The notes beneath the pieces were generated by a model. It did not search any database and was not told where the DNA came from. It saw only the letters and a program-made list of their open reading frames with translations. Made by a program: the position numbers and the translations under genes. Positions 23,657 through 35,922 of a DNA stretch of 64,000 bases are shown piece after piece. Positions within the stretch are counted from its first letter, which is position 1. Each line of letters begins with the position of its first letter. The stretch is from Escherichia coli (GTDB lineage: Bacteria > Pseudomonadota > Gammaproteobacteria > Enterobacterales > Enterobacteriaceae), in assembly GCF_001677475.2 (NCBI RefSeq), contig NZ_CP015229.1, one strand, 5' to 3'.

Positions 23657-24162
23657 GCCGCACCTCGCGGGTCCGGGTTTTCCAGCACTTCGTCGGTCTG
23701 GGCTTTACGCCAGTCATTCAGACGCTGGTGCAGTTCTTTATCATGAGTCGCAAGAATTTGTGCTGCCAGTAACGCCGCGTTTGCCGCGCCAGCTTTACCA
23801 ATCGCCAGCGTACCCACCGGAATGCCGCGCGGCATTTGTACGATGGAGTAGAGACTATCGACACCGCTCAGTGCGGCGCTCTGTACTGGCACGCCCAGCA
23901 CTGGCACCAGCGTTTTGGCGGCAATCATGCCTGGCAGATGCGCTGCGCCGCCTGCGCCCGCAATAATCACCTGATAACCGTTTTCTTCGGCGCTTTCGGC
24001 GAAGCTGAACAGTTTATCGGGGGTGCGGTGAGCAGAAACCACTTCAACGTGGTGCGGGACATTCAGGATTTCGAAGATTTCGGCGGCGAACTGCATGGTA
24101 GCCCAGTCGCTTTTGGACCCCATCACGATGGCGACACGCGCCGGATTATTGCGGGAAGACAT
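23653..24162 (-). CDS. purE: N5-CAIR mutase
   Basis: Start set at [20 protein letters not shown] (169 aa); track ORF extends 9 codons upstream. Confidence 0.95.
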   Translation of the reverse strand: MSSRNNPARVAIVMGSKSDWATMQFAAEIFEILNVPHHVEVVSAHRTPDKLFSFAESAEENGYQVIIAGAGGAAHLPGMIAAKTLVPVLGVPVQSAALSGVDSLYSIVQMPRGIPVGTLAIGKAGAANAALLAAQILATHDKELHQRLNDWRKAQTDEVLENPDPRGAA

Positions 24163-24278
24163 GCGTCTAAAAACTCCTGTGGTGCACAACTCTCGGCTTT
24201 AGAGGGCACAGAGAATAGCACGGAAAGAGAGCAAGGAAAACGGTTGCGTGGCTGTGGAATCAGCAAACTTGTGCGTTA

Positions 24279-25001
24279 TTAAAACGGGAAATGGATTAGC
24301 TCAACGTCATCCGCCGTGACTTTCACCATCGAACCTTCGGTATGCCAGGCACCCAGTACCACGCGAAAAGCAGGTTGCTGATTGGCGATGAATTCATGCA
24401 CCGCCGGGCGATGCGTATGCCCGTGGATCAGCCATTGCACCTGATGTTTTTCCATCGCACTGACCACCGCGTTTTGGTTAACGTCCATGATCGCCAGCGA
24501 TTTACTGCTGTTGGCTTCTTTGCTGTTCGCTCGCATTCGCGCGGCAATGCGTTTGCGCACAAACAACGGCAGGGCGAGGAATAGCGTTTGCAGCCAGGGT
24601 TTGTGGACTTTGGCGCGAAAAGCCTGATAACCGGCGTCATCGGTGCACAGCGTGTCGCCATGCATAATCAATACCCGGCGACCATACAGTTCGAGCACCT
24701 TTTCTTCCGGCAATAACGTCATGCCGCTTTCACGGGCAAAGCGTTTGCCGAGCAGAAAATCACGGTTGCCATGAATGAAATAACAGGGAACACCGGAATC
24801 GGAAACCGCTTTGATCGCTGCCGCCATCTGGCGATGGAGTGGGTTGGGATCGTCGTCGCCAATCCACGCTTCAAACAGATCGCCAAGAATATACAGCGCG
24901 TCGGCCTTGCGGGCTTCCCCCGCTAAAAAACGCAGAAAACCGGCGGTGATCGCCGGTTCTTCCGCGCAGAGATGAAGATCTGCAATAAAGAGTGTCGCCA
25001 C
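24279..25001 (-). CDS. lpxH: UDP-2,3-diacylglucosamine pyrophosphatase
   Basis: 240-aa calcineurin-like phosphoesterase; motifs DLHL and GNRD. Confidence 0.93.
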   Translation of the reverse strand: MATLFIADLHLCAEEPAITAGFLRFLAGEARKADALYILGDLFEAWIGDDDPNPLHRQMAAAIKAVSDSGVPCYFIHGNRDFLLGKRFARESGMTLLPEEKVLELYGRRVLIMHGDTLCTDDAGYQAFRAKVHKPWLQTLFLALPLFVRKRIAARMRANSKEANSSKSLAIMDVNQNAVVSAMEKHQVQWLIHGHTHRPAVHEFIANQQPAFRVVLGAWHTEGSMVKVTADDVELIHFPF

Positions 25002-25003
25002 GA

Positions 25004-25498
25004 TTACTCGCTAACGGTCACGCTTTCAATGATAACGTCTTCTTTTGGCACGTCCTGGTGCATACCGCTACGACCGGTTGCAACACCTTTGATTTTGTCT
25101 ACCACGTCCATGCCTTCAACCACTTCAGCAAACACGCAGTAGCCCCAACCTTGCAGGCTTTCGCCAGAGAAGTTCAGGAAGTCGTTATCAACCACGTTGA
25201 TGAAGAACTGTGCAGTTGCAGAGTGCGGAGCCTGAGTACGGGCCATTGCCAGCGTACCACGGGTATTTTTCAGGCCGTTGTTGGCTTCGTTTTTGATCGG
25301 TTCTTTGGTGGCTTTTTGTTTCATGCCCGGTTCAAAACCGCCGCCCTGAATCATAAAACCGTTGATAACACGGTGGAAAATGGTGTTGTTGTAAAAACCT
25401 TCGCGGCAGTAGTCCAGGAAGTTTTTAACTGTTTCAGGTGCTTTATCGTCAAAAGTTTTGATGACAATATCGCCGTGATTGGTGTGGAAAGTAACCAT
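25004..25498 (-). CDS. ppiB: Peptidyl-prolyl cis-trans isomerase B (cyclophilin)
   Basis: 164-aa cyclophilin sequence ([16 protein letters not shown]...). Confidence 0.96.
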   Translation of the reverse strand: MVTFHTNHGDIVIKTFDDKAPETVKNFLDYCREGFYNNTIFHRVINGFMIQGGGFEPGMKQKATKEPIKNEANNGLKNTRGTLAMARTQAPHSATAQFFINVVDNDFLNFSGESLQGWGYCVFAEVVEGMDVVDKIKGVATGRSGMHQDVPKEDVIIESVTVSE

Positions 25499-25671
25499 TT
25501 TTGCATCCTGTTCCGTTTGATTGGTGCTTCAACCCGGTTCGGGTCATATATAGGGTGGTGTTATAGCATAACCGCACGATCGGATCATCTCGCAATGTAT
25601 GCTGAATCGCGCGGGAAATATGGGTATTATACGCAACTCAATTACCCACACATGTCTAAACGGAATCTTCG

Positions 25672-27057
25672 ATGCTAAAAATCTTCAATACTCTGACACG
25701 CCAAAAAGAGGAATTTAAGCCTATTCACGCCGGGGAAGTCGGCATGTACGTGTGTGGAATCACCGTTTACGACCTCTGTCATATCGGTCACGGGCGTACC
25801 TTTGTTGCCTTTGACGTGGTTGCACGCTACCTGCGTTTCCTCGGCTACAAGCTGAAGTATGTGCGCAACATTACCGATATCGACGATAAAATCATCAAAC
25901 GCGCCAATGAAAATGGCGAAAGCTTTGTGGCGCTGGTGGATCGCATGATCGCCGAAATGCACAAAGATTTTGATGCTTTGAACATTCTGCGCCCGGATAT
26001 GGAGCCACGCGCGACGCACCATATCGCAGAAATTATTGAACTCACTGAGCAACTGATCGCCAAAGGTCACGCTTATGTGGCGGACAACGGCGACGTGATG
26101 TTCGACGTACCGACCGATCCAACTTATGGCGTGCTGTCGCGTCAGGATCTTGACCAGCTGCAGGCAGGCGCGCGCGTTGACGTGGTCGACGACAAACGCA
26201 ACCCGATGGACTTCGTTCTGTGGAAGATGTCTAAAGAGGGCGAACCAAGCTGGCCGTCTCCGTGGGGCGCGGGCCGTCCAGGCTGGCACATTGAATGTTC
26301 GGCAATGAACTGCAAGCAGCTGGGTAACCACTTTGATATCCACGGCGGCGGTTCTGACCTGATGTTCCCGCACCACGAGAATGAAATCGCGCAGTCCACC
26401 TGTGCCCATGATGGTCAGTATGTTAACTACTGGATGCACTCCGGCATGGTGATGGTTGACCGCGAGAAGATGTCCAAATCGCTGGGTAACTTCTTTACCG
26501 TGCGCGATGTGCTGAAATACTACGACGCGGAAACCGTGCGTTACTTCCTGATGTCGGGACACTATCGCAGCCAGCTGAACTACAGCGAAGAGAACCTGAA
26601 GCAGGCGCGTGCGGCGCTGGAGCGTCTCTACACTGCCCTGCGCGGCACAGACAAAACCGTTGCTCCTGCCGGTGGCGAAGCGTTTGAAGCGCGCTTTATT
26701 GAGGCGATGGACGACGATTTCAACACCCCGGAAGCCTATTCCGTGCTGTTTGATATGGCGCGTGAAGTAAACCGTCTGAAAGCAGAAGATATGACAGCGG
26801 CGAATGCAATGGCATCTCACCTGCGTAAACTTTCCGCTGTATTGGGCCTGCTGGAGCAAGAACCGGAAGCGTTCCTGCAAAGCGGCGCGCAGGCAGACGA
26901 CAGCGAAGTGGCTGAGATTGAAGCGTTAATTCAACAGCGTCTGGATGCCCGTAAAGCGAAAGACTGGGCGGCGGCAGATGCGGCGCGTGACCGTCTTAAC
27001 GAGATGGGGATCGTGCTGGAAGATGGCCCGCAAGGGACCACCTGGCGTCGTAAGTAA
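25672..27057 (+). CDS. cysS: Cysteinyl-tRNA synthetase
   Basis: 461-aa class I aaRS with HIGH (CHIGHGR) and KMSKS motifs. Confidence 0.97.
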   Translation: MLKIFNTLTRQKEEFKPIHAGEVGMYVCGITVYDLCHIGHGRTFVAFDVVARYLRFLGYKLKYVRNITDIDDKIIKRANENGESFVALVDRMIAEMHKDFDALNILRPDMEPRATHHIAEIIELTEQLIAKGHAYVADNGDVMFDVPTDPTYGVLSRQDLDQLQAGARVDVVDDKRNPMDFVLWKMSKEGEPSWPSPWGAGRPGWHIECSAMNCKQLGNHFDIHGGGSDLMFPHHENEIAQSTCAHDGQYVNYWMHSGMVMVDREKMSKSLGNFFTVRDVLKYYDAETVRYFLMSGHYRSQLNYSEENLKQARAALERLYTALRGTDKTVAPAGGEAFEARFIEAMDDDFNTPEAYSVLFDMAREVNRLKAEDMTAANAMASHLRKLSAVLGLLEQEPEAFLQSGAQADDSEVAEIEALIQQRLDARKAKDWAAADAARDRLNEMGIVLEDGPQGTTWRRK

Positions 27058-27092
27058 TTGCGCTATTGCCGGATGCGAGTTTTCGCATCCGG

Positions 27093-27614
27093 TTATCGTC
27101 TGCGCCACCACAACATTCCCATCAGTAGCATCCCCGGCAACCACACCCACATCAATTCAGAAATAATCACCTGATGCCCGTACGGCGTGGTGTAACGAGA
27201 CAATGCAAACGGCGCGACTTTAATCACCTGCCAGGGAGCGAAAAAGCGTTCATCTGACCACGGCCACAGCCAGCCAACCCCTTTACCGCCAGTGGTTACC
27301 GAATCCAGCAAGCTGTGCGATAGCAACGAGACGGTTAAAAACAGCCAGCAGCGAATCAGCCCAGCCCTGAACCATCGGCGTCCAATCAGCACACATAACA
27401 GCGGGACAACAAACGCAAACACCAGCGAATGGGTAAACCCGCGATGACCAAAAACATTGCCGTAAGCAATGCCAAATTTAAACGACAATACGTCGGCGTC
27501 GGGCAGCATCGCCAGGATGATTCCGGCAAATAACAGACGCGGAGGGATGACTTTCGAACCCAACCCTAAACCAATGCATAGGGGAACGGCGGCGTGCGTA
27601 ATAACGGTTGGCAT
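27093..27614 (-). CDS. ybcI: Inner-membrane metal-dependent hydrolase family protein
   Basis: 173-aa hydrophobic ORF; position between cysS and ybcJ. Confidence 0.85.
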   Translation of the reverse strand: MPTVITHAAVPLCIGLGLGSKVIPPRLLFAGIILAMLPDADVLSFKFGIAYGNVFGHRGFTHSLVFAFVVPLLCVLIGRRWFRAGLIRCWLFLTVSLLSHSLLDSVTTGGKGVGWLWPWSDERFFAPWQVIKVAPFALSRYTTPYGHQVIISELMWVWLPGMLLMGMLWWRRR

Positions 27615-27721
27615 GATGGTCGCTTCGGCAAAATGTCGATGCTATCAGCATGGATGAACGGGGCGTAGAGGGCAAAAGTCTGAAAAGAGAACCGGCCTGT
27701 TGATACAGGCCGGGAAAGGGA

Positions 27722-27934
27722 TCAGGCAACAACCTGTACGCTGTGACCTGCAAAACTCACTGTCTGACCGGCGACGATTTTGCAGCGTTTGCGCGTTTCA
27801 ACCGCGCCGTCGACTTTCACCTGGCCTTCGGCAATCGCGATTTTCGCCTGCGCGCCGCTTTCGCTCCAGCCTTCCAGTTTCAGCAAGTCGCACAGCTCAA
27901 CGTGCGGATGTTTACCTAAAGAAAATGTCGCCAT
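27722..27934 (-). CDS. ybcJ: S4-like RNA-binding protein
   Basis: 70 aa from the internal ATG (MATFSLGKHPHVEL...); start abuts the folD stop. Confidence 0.85.
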   Translation of the reverse strand: MATFSLGKHPHVELCDLLKLEGWSESGAQAKIAIAEGQVKVDGAVETRKRCKIVAGQTVSFAGHSVQVVA

Positions 27935-27935
27935 G

Positions 27936-28802
27936 TTACTCATCCTGTGGATCATGATATTCAACGCACGCCTGTAGCGTGTTTTCAATCAGCGTGGCAA
28001 CCGTCATCGGGCCAACGCCGCCGGGAACAGGCGTAATGTATGAGGCGCGTTTAGCCGCGTCTTCAAACACGACGTCGCCCACAACTTTGCCATTTTCCAG
28101 ACGGTTGATGCCAACATCAATCACAATTGCGCCTTCTTTGATCCAGTCACCGGGAATAAAACCTGGCTTACCGACGGCAACGATCAACAGATCGGCATTT
28201 TCTACGTGATGACGCAGATTTTTAGTGAAGCGGTGAGTCACGGTAGTGGTGCAACCTGCGAGCAACAGTTCCATGCTCATTGGACGACCGACGATATTCG
28301 ATGCGCCAATCACCACGGCGTTGAGGCCGAAGGTGTCAATGTTGTAACGCTCAAGCAGCGTGACGATACCCCGCGGGGTGCAGGGACGCAGACGCGGCGC
28401 GCGCTGGCACAGACGACCGACGTTGTAAGGATGGAAACCGTCCACGTCTTTGTCCGGATGAATACGTTCCAGCACTTTGACGTTATCAATACCCGCCGGT
28501 AACGGCAGTTGAACCAGAATGCCATCGATGGTGTTGTCGGCATTCAGCGCATCGATAAGCTCCAACAGCTCCGCTTCGCTGGTGGTTTCCGGGAGGTCAT
28601 AAGAGCGGGAGACGAACCCGACTTCTTCACAAGCCTTGCGTTTGCTTGCGACATAAATTTGCGATGCAGGGTTACTACCCACCAGCACAACGGCCAGTCC
28701 TGGTGCCCGCAGTCCGGCTGCAATACGCGCCTGAACTTTTTGAGCAACTTCAGAGCGCACCTGCTGCGCAATCGTTTTACCGTCAATAATCTTTGCTGCC
28801 AT
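27936..28802 (-). CDS. folD: Bifunctional methylenetetrahydrofolate dehydrogenase/cyclohydrolase
   Basis: 288-aa ORF ([20 protein letters not shown]...). Confidence 0.96.
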
Positions 28803-29282
28803 CAGAGAGAGGATTCCATCTGTTACGTAGGTCGAAGGGGATGCGCCTATTTTGTCAGAAGCGGGGCGCGCTGTCAGGTTTCGTTTCAGATTTATCGCGT
28901 GAAGCGACCTCTTGCGAAGGTTAGGCGCACCGTCGCTGAGGTCGCTGAGATTGAAAGCTTCATTTTTCGTCCATGATGGCGTTGTAAATCTGGAACTGAT
29001 TTATTTCCTTGTTTAAGGATTAAGATAATTTAAGAAATACCTGACAATATAAAAAGAATTTTCAGCCTGGTAATCTACCGCTTCAGGTCTATATTTGTGT
29101 TGAATATATTTTGCGCGGAAGTATTCATCTAACGGGGCTCTCTATTTTTTAGAGTAGAGTGCATATTTTCAATTAAGACATTCTTAGAGGATAAAAAGGA
29201 ATTTTACTACTATCAGTGTCTTAAATAAAGTAATCGGTTATATACGGATGTGGAGTCGATAAATGAGATTGAAGGAATATAT

Positions 29283-29825
29283 ATGAAATTAAGATTTATT
29301 TCGTCTGCGCTGGCTGCCGCACTATTCGCCGCTACGGGTAGTTATGCTGCCGTTGTAGATGGCGGTACAATTCACTTTGAAGGCGAACTGGTGAATGCTG
29401 CCTGTTCAGTGAATACTGACTCGGCAGACCAGGTTGTCACACTCGGTCAATATCGTACCGATATTTTCAATGCTGTTGGTAATACCTCTGCATTAATTCC
29501 ATTCACCATTCAGTTGAACGACTGCGATCCTGTTGTTGCCGCTAATGCTGCCGTTGCATTTTCTGGTCAGGCTGATGCAATCAATGATAATTTATTGGCC
29601 ATTGCATCCAGTACCAATACAACAACAGCAACGGGTGTCGGTATTGAAATACTTGATAATACATCCGCAATTCTCAAACCTGATGGGAATAGCTTCTCAA
29701 CCAACCAGAACTTGATCCCCGGGACCAACGTTCTTCATTTTTCTGCACGTTATAAAGGCACCGGTACAAGTGCATCAGCAGGGCAAGCAAATGCTGACGC
29801 GACTTTTATTATGAGATACGAATAA
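29283..29825 (+). CDS. sfmA: Type 1-like fimbrial major subunit
   Basis: Signal peptide then fimbrin domain; start set at [16 protein letters not shown] (180 aa); AT-rich upstream region. Confidence 0.9.
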   Translation: MKLRFISSALAAALFAATGSYAAVVDGGTIHFEGELVNAACSVNTDSADQVVTLGQYRTDIFNAVGNTSALIPFTIQLNDCDPVVAANAAVAFSGQADAINDNLLAIASSTNTTTATGVGIEILDNTSAILKPDGNSFSTNQNLIPGTNVLHFSARYKGTGTSASAGQANADATFIMRYE

Positions 29826-30044
29826 TCAAAACCACGTTGTTTTGAATTATATATCACGTCTTATAACAAAGTAATGTACCGGTTGTCTGAAGCGGTATGG
29901 TGGCAATGTAAATCGAAATCATGTTCACTTTGTATCATGCCGCTTTATTAAATGAAAAGGGAATGATGTGTTGTAAGAAACCAAAGCAATCATTTCTTTA
30001 TATTTCTTATTTTTGCCGTTAGGAATACACAAGGCGTATTAACT

Positions 30045-30737
30045 ATGATGACTAAAATAAAGTTATTGATGCTCATTATATTTTATTTAATCATTTCGGC
30101 CAGCGCCCATGCTGCCGGAGGGATCGCATTAGGTGCCACGCGTATTATTTATCCCGCTGATGCTAAACAGACTGCGGTATGGATTAGAAATAGCCATACC
30201 AATGAGCGTTTTCTGGTCAATTCGTGGATTGAAAACAGCAGCGGTGTAAAAGAAAAGTCATTCATCATTACACCGCCACTATTTGTTAGTGAACCCAAAA
30301 GCGAAAATACTTTGCGTATTATTTACACCGGTCCACCGCTGGCGGCAGATCGTGAGTCTCTGTTCTGGATGAATGTTAAGACGATCCCTTCGGTAGATAA
30401 AAATGCATTGAACGGCAGGAATGTTTTGCAACTGGCGATTTTATCGCGCATGAAGTTATTTCTCCGTCCAATTCAATTACAAGAATTACCCGCAGAAGCA
30501 CCGGACACACTTAAGTTTTCGCGATCCGGTAACTATATCAATGTTCATAATCCCTCACCTTTTTATGTCACCCTGGTTAACTTACAAGTGGGCAGCCAAA
30601 AGTTGGGGAATGCTATGGCTGCACCCAGAGTTAATTCACAAATTCCCTTACCCTCAGGAGTGCAGGGAAAGCTGAAATTTCAGACCGTTAATGATTATGG
30701 TTCAGTAACCCCGGTCAGAGAAGTGAACTTAAACTAA
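30045..30737 (+). CDS. sfmC: Periplasmic pilus chaperone
   Basis: 230-aa PapD-like chaperone with signal peptide. Confidence 0.92.
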   Translation: MMTKIKLLMLIIFYLIISASAHAAGGIALGATRIIYPADAKQTAVWIRNSHTNERFLVNSWIENSSGVKEKSFIITPPLFVSEPKSENTLRIIYTGPPLAADRESLFWMNVKTIPSVDKNALNGRNVLQLAILSRMKLFLRPIQLQELPAEAPDTLKFSRSGNYINVHNPSPFYVTLVNLQVGSQKLGNAMAAPRVNSQIPLPSGVQGKLKFQTVNDYGSVTPVREVNLN

Positions 30738-30767
30738 CCGAATCATCTGACAATATCAGAGCTAATT

Positions 30768-33377
30768 ATGAAAATACCCACTACTACGGATATTCCGCAG
30801 AGGTATACCTGGTGTCTGGCCGGAATTTGTTATTCATCTCTTGCCATTTTACCCTCCTTTTTAAGCTATGCGGAAAGTTATTTCAACCCGGCATTTTTAT
30901 TAGAGAATGGCACATCCGTTGCTGATTTATCGCGCTTTGAGAGAGGTAATCATCAACCTGCGGGCGTGTATCGGGTGGATCTCTGGCGTAATGATGAGTT
31001 CATTGGTTCACAGGATATCGTATTTGAATCGACAACAGAAAATACAGGTGATAAATCAGGTGGGTTAATGCCCTGTTTTAACCAGGTACTCCTTGAACGA
31101 ATTGGCCTTAATAGCAGTGCATTTCCCGAGTTAGCCCAGCAGCAAAACAATAAATGCATCAATTTACTGAAAGCTGTACCTGATGCCACAATTAACTTTG
31201 ATTTTGCAGCGATGCGCCTGAACATCACTATTCCTCAGATAGCGTTGTTGAGTAGCGCTCACGGTTACATTCCGCCTGAAGAGTGGGATGAAGGTATTCC
31301 TGCTTTACTCCTGAATTATAATTTCACCGGTAACAGAGGTAATGGTAACGATAGCTATTTTTTTAGTGAACTCAGCGGGATTAATATTGGCCCGTGGCGT
31401 TTACGCAACAATGGTTCCTGGAACTATTTTCGCGGAAATGGATATCATTCAGAACAGTGGAATAATATTGGCACCTGGGTACAGCGCGCCATTATTCCGC
31501 TGAAAAGTGAACTGGTAATGGGAGACGGCAATACAGGAAGTGATATTTTCGATGGCGTTGGATTTCGTGGTGTACGGCTTTACTCTTCCGATAATATGTA
31601 TCCTGATAGCCAGCAAGGATTTGCCCCAACGGTACGTGGGATTGCCCGTACGGCGGCCCAGCTAACGATTCGGCAAAATGGTTTTATTATCTATCAAAGC
31701 TATGTTTCCCCCGGCGCTTTTGAAATTACAGATTTGCACCCGACATCTTCAAATGGCGATCTGGACGTCACCATCGACGAACGCGATGGCAATCAGCAGA
31801 ATTACACTATTCCGTATTCAACAGTGCCAATTTTACAACGCGAAGGGCGTTTCAAATTTGACCTGACGGCGGGCGATTTTCGTAGCGGTAATAGTCAGCA
31901 ATCATCGCCTTTCTTTTTTCAGGGCACGGCACTCGGCGGTTTACCACAGGAATTTACTGCCTACGGCGGGACGCAATTATCTGCCAATTACACCGCCTTT
32001 TTATTAGGGCTGGGGCGCAACCTCGGGAACTGGGGCGCAGTGTCGCTGGATGTGACCCATGCGCGCAGTCAGTTAGCCGACGACAGTCGTCATGAGGGGG
32101 ATTCCATTCGCTTCCTCTATGCGAAATCGATGAATACCTTCGGCACCAATTTTCAGTTAATGGGTTACCGCTATTCGACACAAGGTTTTTATACCCTTGA
32201 TGATGTTGCGTATCGTCGAATGGAGGGGTACGAATATGATTACGATTACGACGGTGAGCATCGCGATGAACCGATAATCGTGAATTACCACAATTTACGC
32301 TTTAGCCGTAAAGACCGTTTGCAGTTAAATATTTCACAATCACTTAATGACTTTGGCTCGCTTTATATCTCTGGTACCCATCAAAAATACTGGAATACTT
32401 CGGATTCAGATACCTGGTATCAGGTGGGGTATACCAGCAGCTGGGTTGGCATCAGTTATTCACTCTCATTTTCGTGGAATGAATCTGTAGGGATCCCCGA
32501 TAACGAACGTATTGTCGGACTTAATGTTTCAGTGCCTTTCAATGTTCTGACCAAACGTCGCTACACCCGGGAAAATGCGCTCGACCGCGCTTATGCCTCC
32601 TTTAACGCCAACCGTAACAGCAACGGGCAAAATAGCTGGCTGGCAGGTGTAGGTGGGACCTTACTGGAAGGCCACAACCTGAGTTATCACGTAAGCCAGG
32701 GTGATACCTCGAATAATGGGTATACGGGCAGCGCCACGGCAAACTGGCAGGCCACTTACGGTACGCTGGGGGTCGGGTATAACTACGACCGCGATCAACA
32801 TGACGTTAACTGGCAGCTGTCTGGCGGTGTGGTCGGGCATGAAAATGGCATAACGCTGAGCCAGCCTTTAGGGGATACCAATGTTTTGATTAAAGCGCCT
32901 GGTGCAGGCGGTGTACGCATTGAAAATCAAACTGGCATTTTAACCGACTGGCGCGGCTATGCGGTGATGCCGTATGCCACGGTTTATCGGTATAACCGTA
33001 TCGCGCTTGATACCAATACGATGGGGAATTCCATCGATGTTGAAAAAAATATTAGCAGCGTTGTGCCGACGCAAGGCGCGTTGGTTCGTGCCAATTTTGA
33101 TACCCGCATAGGCGTGCGGGCGCTCATTACCGTTACCCAGGGCGGAAAACCGGTGCCGTTTGGATCACTGGTACGGGAAAACAGTACCGGAATAACCGGT
33201 ATGGTGGGTGATGACGGGCAAGTTTATTTAAGTGGTGCGCCATTGTCTGGTGAATTACTGGTTCAGTGGGGAGACGGCGCGAACTCACGCTGCATTGCGC
33301 ACTATGTATTGCCGAAGCAAAGCTTACAGCAAGCCGTCACTGTTATTTCGGCAGTTTGCACACATCCTGGCTCATAA
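30768..33377 (+). CDS. sfmD: Outer-membrane fimbrial usher
   Basis: 869-aa usher-family ORF. Confidence 0.92.
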   Translation: MKIPTTTDIPQRYTWCLAGICYSSLAILPSFLSYAESYFNPAFLLENGTSVADLSRFERGNHQPAGVYRVDLWRNDEFIGSQDIVFESTTENTGDKSGGLMPCFNQVLLERIGLNSSAFPELAQQQNNKCINLLKAVPDATINFDFAAMRLNITIPQIALLSSAHGYIPPEEWDEGIPALLLNYNFTGNRGNGNDSYFFSELSGINIGPWRLRNNGSWNYFRGNGYHSEQWNNIGTWVQRAIIPLKSELVMGDGNTGSDIFDGVGFRGVRLYSSDNMYPDSQQGFAPTVRGIARTAAQLTIRQNGFIIYQSYVSPGAFEITDLHPTSSNGDLDVTIDERDGNQQNYTIPYSTVPILQREGRFKFDLTAGDFRSGNSQQSSPFFFQGTALGGLPQEFTAYGGTQLSANYTAFLLGLGRNLGNWGAVSLDVTHARSQLADDSRHEGDSIRFLYAKSMNTFGTNFQLMGYRYSTQGFYTLDDVAYRRMEGYEYDYDYDGEHRDEPIIVNYHNLRFSRKDRLQLNISQSLNDFGSLYISGTHQKYWNTSDSDTWYQVGYTSSWVGISYSLSFSWNESVGIPDNERIVGLNVSVPFNVLTKRRYTRENALDRAYASFNANRNSNGQNSWLAGVGGTLLEGHNLSYHVSQGDTSNNGYTGSATANWQATYGTLGVGYNYDRDQHDVNWQLSGGVVGHENGITLSQPLGDTNVLIKAPGAGGVRIENQTGILTDWRGYAVMPYATVYRYNRIALDTNTMGNSIDVEKNISSVVPTQGALVRANFDTRIGVRALITVTQGGKPVPFGSLVRENSTGITGMVGDDGQVYLSGAPLSGELLVQWGDGANSRCIAHYVLPKQSLQQAVTVISAVCTHPGS

Positions 33378-33389
33378 AGGAAATTATCA

Positions 33390-34397
33390 ATGAAGATAAT
33401 CTGCAGATTATTATTGGCGATGGCATGTTTGTGGTTAACAAACATATCCTGGGCTACTGTTTGTGCAAATAGTACTGGCGTAACAGAAGATGAACACTAT
33501 GATCTCTCAAATGTCTTTAATAGCACCAATAACCAGCCAGGGCAGATTGTTGTTTTACCGGAAAAATCCGGCTGGGTAGGTGTGTCAGCAATTTGTCCAC
33601 CCGGCACGCTGGTGAATTATACATACCGTAGTTATGTCACCAACTTTATTGTTCAGGAAACTATCGATAATTATAAATATATGCAATTAAATGATTATCT
33701 ATTAGGTGCGATGAGTCTGGTTGATAGCGTGATGGATATTCAGTTTCCCCCGCAAAATTATATTCGGATGGGAACAGATCCTAACGTTTCGCAAAACCTG
33801 CCGTTTGGGGTGATGGATTCTCGTTTGATATTTCGTTTAAAGGTTATTCGTCCTTTTATTAATATGGTGGAGATCCCCAGACAGGTGATGTTTACCGTGT
33901 ATGTGACATCAACGCCTTACGATCCGTTGGTTACACCTGTTTATACCATTAGTTTTGGTGGCCGGGTTGAAGTACCGCAAAACTGCGAATTAAATGCCGG
34001 GCAGATTGTTGAATTTGATTTTGGTGATATCGGCGCATCGTTATTTAGTGCGGCAGGGCCGGGTAATCGACCTGCTGGTGTCATGCCGCAAACCAAGAGC
34101 ATTGCGATCAAATGTACGAATGTTGCTGCACAGGCTTATTTATCAATGCGTCTGGAAGCCAGTGCCGTTTCTGGTCAGGCGATGGTGTCGGACAATCAGG
34201 ATTTAGGTTTTATTGTGGCCGATCAGAACGATACGCCGATCACACCTAACGATCTCAATAGCGTTATTCCTTTCCGCCTAGATGCAGCTGCGGCAGCCAA
34301 TGTCACACTTCGCGCCTGGCCTATCAGTATTACCGGTCAAAAACCGACCGAAGGGCCGTTTAGTGCGCTGGGGTATTTACGCGTCGATTATCAATGA
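33390..34397 (+). CDS. sfmH: Fimbrial adhesin-like subunit
   Basis: 335-aa ORF with signal peptide; operon position after the usher. Confidence 0.85.
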   Translation: MKIICRLLLAMACLWLTNISWATVCANSTGVTEDEHYDLSNVFNSTNNQPGQIVVLPEKSGWVGVSAICPPGTLVNYTYRSYVTNFIVQETIDNYKYMQLNDYLLGAMSLVDSVMDIQFPPQNYIRMGTDPNVSQNLPFGVMDSRLIFRLKVIRPFINMVEIPRQVMFTVYVTSTPYDPLVTPVYTISFGGRVEVPQNCELNAGQIVEFDFGDIGASLFSAAGPGNRPAGVMPQTKSIAIKCTNVAAQAYLSMRLEASAVSGQAMVSDNQDLGFIVADQNDTPITPNDLNSVIPFRLDAAAAANVTLRAWPISITGQKPTEGPFSALGYLRVDYQ

Positions 34398-34407
34398 GGT
34401 ACGGAGA

Positions 34408-34923
34408 ATGAGAAGAGTACTCTTTAGCTGTTTCTGCGGGCTACTGTGGAGTTCCAGTGGATGGGCTGTTGACCCTTTAGGAACGATTAATATCAATTTG
34501 CACGGTAACGTTGTTGATTTCTCCTGTACCGTAAACACTGCGGATATTGATAAGACGGTAGATTTAGGCAGATGGCCTACGACACAATTACTGAACGCTG
34601 GTGATACCACGGCACTCGTCCCTTTTAGCCTGCGGCTGGAGGGATGTCCTCCGGGTTCAGTTGCGATTTTATTTACGGGAACGCCGGCATCCGATACCAA
34701 CCTGCTGGCTCTGGATGATCCCACAATGGCACAAACCGTCGCCATCGAATTACGTAATAGCGATCGCTCCCGGCTCGCACTGGGAGCGGCGAGCCCGACT
34801 GAGGAAGTAGATGCAAATGGCAATGTCACACTAAACTTTTTTGCCAATTATCGAGCGTTAGCCAGCGGTGTTCGGCCAGGTGTGGCGAAAGCGGATGCGA
34901 TATTTATGATCAATTATAATTAA
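34408..34923 (+). CDS. sfmF: Minor fimbrial subunit
   Basis: 171 aa from ATG 34408 with RBS ggag; track ORF extends upstream into sfmH. Confidence 0.88.
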   Translation: MRRVLFSCFCGLLWSSSGWAVDPLGTININLHGNVVDFSCTVNTADIDKTVDLGRWPTTQLLNAGDTTALVPFSLRLEGCPPGSVAILFTGTPASDTNLLALDDPTMAQTVAIELRNSDRSRLALGAASPTEEVDANGNVTLNFFANYRALASGVRPGVAKADAIFMINYN

Positions 34924-34925
34924 TA

Positions 34926-35558
34926 TTATATTAATTCATATAATTTGGCGTAGTCGATAAGCTCTACAATTGAATGCAAACCTAGCTTGCCATAAATATT
35001 AGATTTATGCGCACTAACTGTTTTATTGCTAAGTAATAACTTATCGGCAATTTCTTTATTAGATAATCCGCTAACCAGATAACGTAATATGGTCACTTCA
35101 CGATTAGATAGCACCGTGACCGTTGAACTATTCGTACTACATTTATTGCTTTTTATATAGTTAAGCGTTTCGCTGGGAAAAAAAGTGTATCCGGAGAGGA
35201 TCATCTGAACGGCATGAAAAATATCATTCTGATCATTGCATTTACTGACAAAACCGTTAGCACCAGCTTGTATCGCTCTGCCAGCATAAAAGCATTCTGA
35301 TTTCGATGATAAAAATAATACTTTCACTGTACTCTGGATTTGTTTGATCCTTTTCAGAAAGGTAAAACCGTCAGTACCGGGCAAGTCTATATCCATAATG
35401 ATTAAATCAACAGGACGGGTTCGGATATAATCGATGGTTATGCGGTAATCATCCGTTTTCAGGACAATCTGCAATTCACTGTTTTTTTGCAACAGAACTT
35501 CAATAGACATTCTGATGATAGGATGAGTATCCATAATGATCACCGACGTTGGTTTCAT
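34926..35558 (-). CDS. fimZ: LuxR/NarL-family response regulator
   Basis: Receiver domain plus C-terminal LuxR HTH; start set at MKPTSVIIMDTHPII (210 aa). Confidence 0.92.
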   Translation of the reverse strand: MKPTSVIIMDTHPIIRMSIEVLLQKNSELQIVLKTDDYRITIDYIRTRPVDLIIMDIDLPGTDGFTFLKRIKQIQSTVKVLFLSSKSECFYAGRAIQAGANGFVSKCNDQNDIFHAVQMILSGYTFFPSETLNYIKSNKCSTNSSTVTVLSNREVTILRYLVSGLSNKEIADKLLLSNKTVSAHKSNIYGKLGLHSIVELIDYAKLYELI

Positions 35559-35799
35559 AGTTACCAGTCTCATAGGAGCGAACAATTTTCCGTTAGGGCG
35601 GTAAATTGTACTTTGATACATGAAAATACGGGTTTTCTTGATTCAGACGCGCAGCGGTGTGCGTTTGTTTGCCGCTATAGCGAAATAAATCAGAAAATCA
35701 GACGCGGTCGTTCACTTGTTCAGCAACCAGATCAAAAGCCATTGACTCAGCAAGGGTTGACCGTATAATTCACGCGATTACACCGCATTGCGGTATCAA

Positions 35800-35876
35800 C
35801 GCGCCCTTAGCTCAGTTGGATAGAGCAACGACCTTCTAAGTCGTGGGCCGCAGGTTCGAATCCTGCAGGGCGCGCC
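35800..35876 (+). tRNA. argU: tRNA-Arg (anticodon UCU)
   Basis: gcgcccttagctcagttggatagagcaacgaccttctaagtcgtgggccgcaggttcgaatcctgcagggcgcgcca; cloverleaf with TCT anticodon; promoter TTGACT...TATAAT upstream. Confidence 0.97.
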
Positions 35877-35922
35877 ATTTCTTCTTCATTTATGCCCGTC
35901 TTATCCGTTTCCGCTTTGCCCT

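Noticed and set aside
25675-26880. 401-aa ORF antisense to cysS
   Set aside because: Lies entirely inside a highly conserved housekeeping gene on the opposite strand with no independent start signals; long antisense ORFs are a common artefact in GC-rich coding sequence.
29250-29282. Longer N-terminal extensions offered by the track for sfmA, gcl, purE, fimZ, nfsB, entD, fepA, cusS, ybdG and ylbF
   Set aside because: The extended starts lack an RBS, run into upstream genes or REP elements, or remove a recognisable signal peptide; internal starts matching the known protein N-termini were used.
35877-35922. Searched for a phage integrase, attachment-site duplicate or IS remnant next to argU
   Set aside because: Only 46 bp separate argU from envY and nothing phage-like is present; interpreted as an empty site rather than a degraded prophage.
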